64,000 nt of DNA from contig NW_002060947.1 of assembly GCF_000150275.1 (NCBI RefSeq), forward strand, positions 2,097,740 through 2,161,739, read 5' to 3'. Position 1 is the stretch's first letter. The number at the start of each line of letters is the position of its first letter. The notes beneath the pieces are model-generated. The model did no database searches and had not been told where the DNA came from. It saw nothing but the letters and a program-made list of their open reading frames with translations. This DNA comes from Trichoplax adhaerens (lineage: Eukaryota > Animalia > Placozoa). Positions 58,677 to 64,000 of the stretch are shown here, in pieces. The position numbers and the translations under genes were made by a program.

Positions 58677-61600
58677 ATGGATCATCTAAAATGGCCATCG
58701 AAATATGTCACGTCTAGTTTATCTGCAGCAACGACTTTGCATAGTTTATTTTGGACAACAGCTACCAACTATCCTCATAATCTTGCGGTAGTTTATGATG
58801 ACCTCGATCAAAAATGCTTTCTGTCTTATCAACAGCTTGCAAACTTTTCTGATCAAGTAGCAAATGCGATTGAAGACCTATTTGAGCATCAAACTGTAGA
58901 TGAGGTAAGAATGCTTTCTTCAATCAGGCACAACTGCAAAAGTTTATCCTTATAAAGTACAATGTACGTATTAGGCGTCATAAGTGTTCTACCATCAGCA
59001 CCTTGCATCTTGGGCAGCTTGATTTCATAACCTACTCATTACACCAAATAGCAGTTGCATTCACAATAGTACTTGAATTTTATTGATGATGAAATGATTA
59101 CTGTTGTTCAACAACACGCTTGTAGTCCTAATCGTACTTTCAATGAAATTAATTCTACATTGACAACATGCTAATACAGTAGATGCAAGATCATTTGAAT
59201 AGAGTAAATTGCATAAATCTGGCTAATTTGAACTGGCCATGATACATACGTAAATTCATGCAGGACTGTATTTTGGGGCAGCTTTTAAATGATAATGAAA
59301 CAGCTACTAACGTAACTAATATACTCGTGTGTGCACAATTTGGATGCTACGAAATGCGTCATGATAGGTGATCGGATTGTACTCCAAGCAAGATCTAGCC
59401 CTTTTGCCGGCACTGCTAGGGTAATAAAGCAATCATACTATAATACTTAAGCAAGCCTTGGTTTTACCAGCAGTATACTACGGCTTTCACATTATAACAA
59501 TGTAGTATTTGCAAATGCAATTGCTATTTAATTTATATTTATATTAAATGATTTCTCAGCATTTTGACTTCATCTGCTGCGTACACACCGATCGACCTCA
59601 GTTTACCTACATGTGATCAAGATGACTGGCTGGATAAGTTACAAATTTCTACTGTTATAGTTGAAGAAGATTTAATCCAGGTATGATCAGTTTTCAATTA
59701 AAATTGTACAATTATGTCCATAGCTAAATCCATTAACAGAATAATAAATGTCAACAGTATATTGCACTATGAGTATCGAAAGAAAATTAAAATCATGCTA
59801 TATATCATCATTTACTTATAAGTTTTAATTAGTTCATTAATTCATATACAAAAGGACTTCAAACGCCTAAAATGGACTGAAGATGTTAGAACTAAGAAAA
59901 TTCATGGCCCCAATTCCATTAATTTGCTTTTAGTTAGGAGAATGAGTCATACTAATCAAGAAAGAAAAAGTAATATTCCTATTTTCTATTGTACCAATGC
60001 ATTGCTTCAATCTATCCAAAGTAATTTAAGCAGAAATTTACCTTATTTTACTTACAGCTCTATCACTAGCCTATGTCTTACCAACGTCAGGAACTACAGG
60101 CCGACCAAAGAGAGTATATACTCCACACCAGTGTATCATGCCAAATATTATCGACTTTGTGTAAATGTTTTACTAATAACTAACGCAATTGCTTCTTTGA
60201 CGTCCACATCCAAAATTAATTGTAATGATGTAATGTTATATTAATTTTATGTATGTTAAATATTGATAATCTTTACCTTGCAGAAACCAATTCAAAATAG
60301 ATAATTCCGATATAGTCTTTCTTGCTTCACCATTAACTTTCGATCCATCTGTCGTTCAAGTATGTTATACTATGATTATTCTAACAAGACTGTAAATAAA
60401 CCCATAGCGAAATTTTGTTATCAGATAGCATGGACAAATAGTTGCCGTGTTAAAATTTTTCAGATCTTTATTGCCTTGGCTACCGGAGCAGCAATCCTTA
60501 TTGCACCTAATGAGATTAAAATTCGCCCGAGACAACTATGTAAAGTGCTATTTCATCGAAATAAAATAACCGTTTTTCAAGTTAGTTTTAATAATTGATA
60601 TCTACTCGTATATTTAAAGACGCGTAACAGGCTGCTATCAACATGATATTATTAGCAAACGTAATTTTCAAACAATGTCTGCTTTTATGTAGGTAACACC
60701 ATCGATGTTATATAACTTTGGAAATGATCTTATAAAATCGGATATTTTAAGCAAGTCCACTTCACTAAAAATATTAGCCATAGGTGGTGAACCATTTCCA
60801 GAAATGAAATTCTTAAGGAATTGTTATCATCCGGCAGTACGTCGTACGAATTTTACATTTGTTACTGGTAGATTAAATGATTATCTTAAACTCTTGTTAA
60901 GTACTTAAGTGTTGCCTCATTATAGAATTTTTTTCTTAAAACTTTCACTTATTGTAGTGCAAGGTGCAAATATTTAATCTATATGGAATAACTGAGGTTT
61001 CAAGTTGGGCAACTTATTATCGTGCTGATCTAATCTCAGATGATAATATACCACTCGGCTTACCAATAACTGATACTATTTTAGAAATTTATGACGATAA
61101 CGGTCATAAAATTAGCCAAGGAATGGGTGTGTTATGGATAGGTATATAACAATAGAATTAATTTTAACCAACGATTGCCCAAATTTGTGTAGATAGATAT
61201 ACAGTATCATAAATAGTTACTGGCAACGTAATAACGCGATAAAAAATTTTTTTATCTTTAGGTGGCAAGCGAAGGATATGCTATATTAATGATGAAAATT
61301 TTATTTGCGATAAAACCATGAGATCATCTGGCGATTATGTCAGAAAAGATGAAAATGGATTTATATGGTACATAGGTCGCCGTGATTGTCAAATTAAGCG
61401 ACAAGGAAAGAGGATAAATTTAAAGTCCATCAAAGAGGTGACGTATTTACAGTATTTAGCATTTTTAACGATACAAGTTAAGAATTGATTAGAAACCGTT
61501 GAATTATTCACTGACATTTACAAGTAGACTTCCATAAAATCATTTCTTATATAGGAAATATTGCGAAAGATGCCTTCAGTTCTGAACTGCCATTTAATTG

Positions 61601-64000
61601 CAGATGAAAACAAGCAATGGTGTCGACTGGTAGCATTTATTACTACTTCTTTAGATCGTTCAGACTATGATGAATATAGCAAGACAGTAATTGAAATTAG
61701 AAAAAATTTAAAGGGCGTCCTATCGACAAATTCTAATCCTGATGATGTACACGTAGTAGAGCATCTACCATTGACCAATAATGGTAGTGAAGATTATAAA
61801 AGGCTACCTGCAAATATTGTAATTAATTTATTAGAAAATATTTCACTAATGATAAGTTACTTACATTATTACAATAGGCAAGATCGATGACAAAGCTCTT
61901 TTGCAATATCACCGCTTAAACTTTTATGCCGATTATAATCAAAGTCTCCTTCAATATATTGACACTATATGGAAGGTGCAGCGTATTAACCTAAATTGAT
62001 TTAGTTAATATTTTTATTTCTAAGATTGTGTAGACATTTTAATGCATGCTATATCTCAAATTATAGAAATGCACTAATTTAGATGAACAGATCGAACCTA
62101 TTACTGCCGATGAAGCAACATTTTTAAGTAATGGATCCTCGATTAATGCTGTTAGACTTGTCAACCTTATTGAAGATTGGTTAGAATCTAAGGTAAGTCA
62201 ATGAAAGACGCTTCTTGCGTACGTCTTAATTAAACACCTTACCATACTGTCTGTGATTTTATTATTGACATAAGTTGCTTTTATATTGTATTGCAGTACA
62301 GTGGTTTAAAGCTACCTAAACTTTTGGATTTTATCCTTCATAAAAGTTTTAAAGATGTGTATAGATACGTTAGTGGAGAGATTGCAAACTTCATTGAATT
62401 GAACAACGAAAGCATTGCAGCTATTGAAGATAGTAAACGAGATAAACGACAACTGATCGACAATAACAGTGATTTAGAAACTAGTAGCTCTAAGCGGATT
62501 AAATTTATTCTTCCTTCGATAAATAATCAAATCAATAATATGATAAGATATGTTAAAAAAGGCAATATAATGGAGGCATTCGGGTAATTATTTCTATTCA
62601 TTAAATAGTATTTTATAGCTACAATTATTCTAATTAAAATGAACTCATTCATGTTGTATCTCATGGTTTATTAAGCAATAGTAAAGAGGTGAAATGCGAC
62701 GTAATTCTCGATATTTCAAATAAACTAAAGGAGAGATGGAGAGCAAAACTTTACAAGTGTATTGACGCTTCACCTTTAGTGGTAATTGATCGAGACAACA
62801 GGTTTATAGAGCAATATGGAAACTTCTAGTTTATATTGTCATTTTTGATCATATTCTGAAATTTCTTTAAGATGAGTTCGTAGTTTGATAGTATATTTCA
62901 ACTCTATGCGTAAACATGGAAAAATACATTTATTAATAGGCAAATCTTAACTTTTTCCTGTTATCATATGTTTTTCAGCAAATTCGTTTACATCGGTAGC
63001 CATTTCCATATTTTTGCTGCTATAAATATGGATTCGGGAGAAATCCTATGGGAGACAATATTGGGTGATAGAATTGAATCATCCGCCACGGTCTCTGTTT
63101 GTGGAAAATATGTTATTGTAGGTAAGGAATTCTCATACATAAAAGTTAAGTAGTTATGTATTATATTGATATTAGAGTTATACTGTATATTTCATAAATT
63201 ATAAACGGTAATTGTGACTTTAACAATGACTGTAGGCTGTTATGATCATCGAGTTTATACGTTAGACAGAACTACTGGGGCTATAGTATGGCAATTTGTC
63301 ACTAATGGACCCGTAAAATCATCTCCGTTGACGGATCCAGAAACTGGTCTAATTTGGATTGGATCTCATGATCACTATGTTTATGCCCTAAACATTACAG
63401 TTAATTTGCATACAGTAGTAGTCTATATTGCATTTTGATTGGGTTAGATCGCCCAGAATGAACATTTAATTTATTTGTTTGTATTAGGGAAAGTGTGCTA
63501 GATTTAGGATTGATTGCAAAGATGGATCTTGCTTTTCATCACCTTGTCTTGGCACCTCACCACGCTTGCTCTACACGGCTACATTAGCAGGAACTATACT
63601 AGCAATTGATCCTGTAATTATCTACAGTATACGCGCGTATAAATTGGGATATAAATGAGCTTACTTATTAATTATGAATTATTTCTACTATCGCTGCAGA
63701 ATTATATAACTTTCTTTCTGTTCGATATCTTCAGGACAATGGAAATATTTTTTGGCAGTTTCATTGTTCTCGGGCAATATTCTCTTCTCCTTGCGTGATT
63801 CCGGCCGGTATTTGTGTGGGTTGTACTAACGGTACAATTATTGCTCTTGACAATGAAGGAAGCGAAGTAAGAAATATGATTACTATTCGATAAATCATTT
63901 TGGTAGCTATGCACTTGTATGTAATCATATATTTATTTACGTAATCGAATTCCGCTTTTCGCATAGCTGTGGCATATTACATGCAATCAACCGATTTTTT
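58677..64000 (+). CDS. AASDH: AASDH/ACSF4 beta-alanine-activating NRPS-like enzyme (adenylation - carrier - PQQ-type propeller), 3' partial
   Basis: LAYVLPTSGTTGRPK, SPLTFDPSVVQ, LAIGGEPFP, IFNLYGITEVSSWAT, GRRDCQIKRQGKRINL and LPLTNNGKIDD; carrier domain; propeller repeats KCIDASP, YIGSH..W..LGDRIESSA, VGCYD and KSSP. Confidence 0.93.

Overview
AT-rich, compact, intron-containing animal genomic DNA. The short GT-AG introns, dense housekeeping genes and intronless orphan GPCR suggest a placozoan such as Trichoplax; this is inferred, not verified. Genes in order, with exons joined by eye: VMA21 (+, 5' end cut off), an orphan secreted Thr-rich protein (+), SUGT1 (+), HSP110/HSPA4-family (-), MOSPD2 (-), ANAPC15 (+), PFAS (-), TAF1 (-), a class A GPCR (+) alone in a ~14 kb gene-poor block bracketed by two tandem-repeat arrays, and AASDH/ACSF4 (+, runs off the window). 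No rRNA, tRNA, CRISPR array or transposase was recognised. Best leads: (1) a lineage-specific promoter grammar, in which TACAG/CTGTA clusters with an exact shared 15-mer and a GAAATGAC(C) motif mark the 5' ends of housekeeping genes; (2) a 291-aa orphan secreted protein with alternating Thr-X blocks and Gly/Tyr/His caps; (3) two 27-36 bp CATGGACC terminal-inverted-repeat elements with 7-bp flanking duplications in TAF1 introns; (4) satellite arrays with dimeric higher-order structure.
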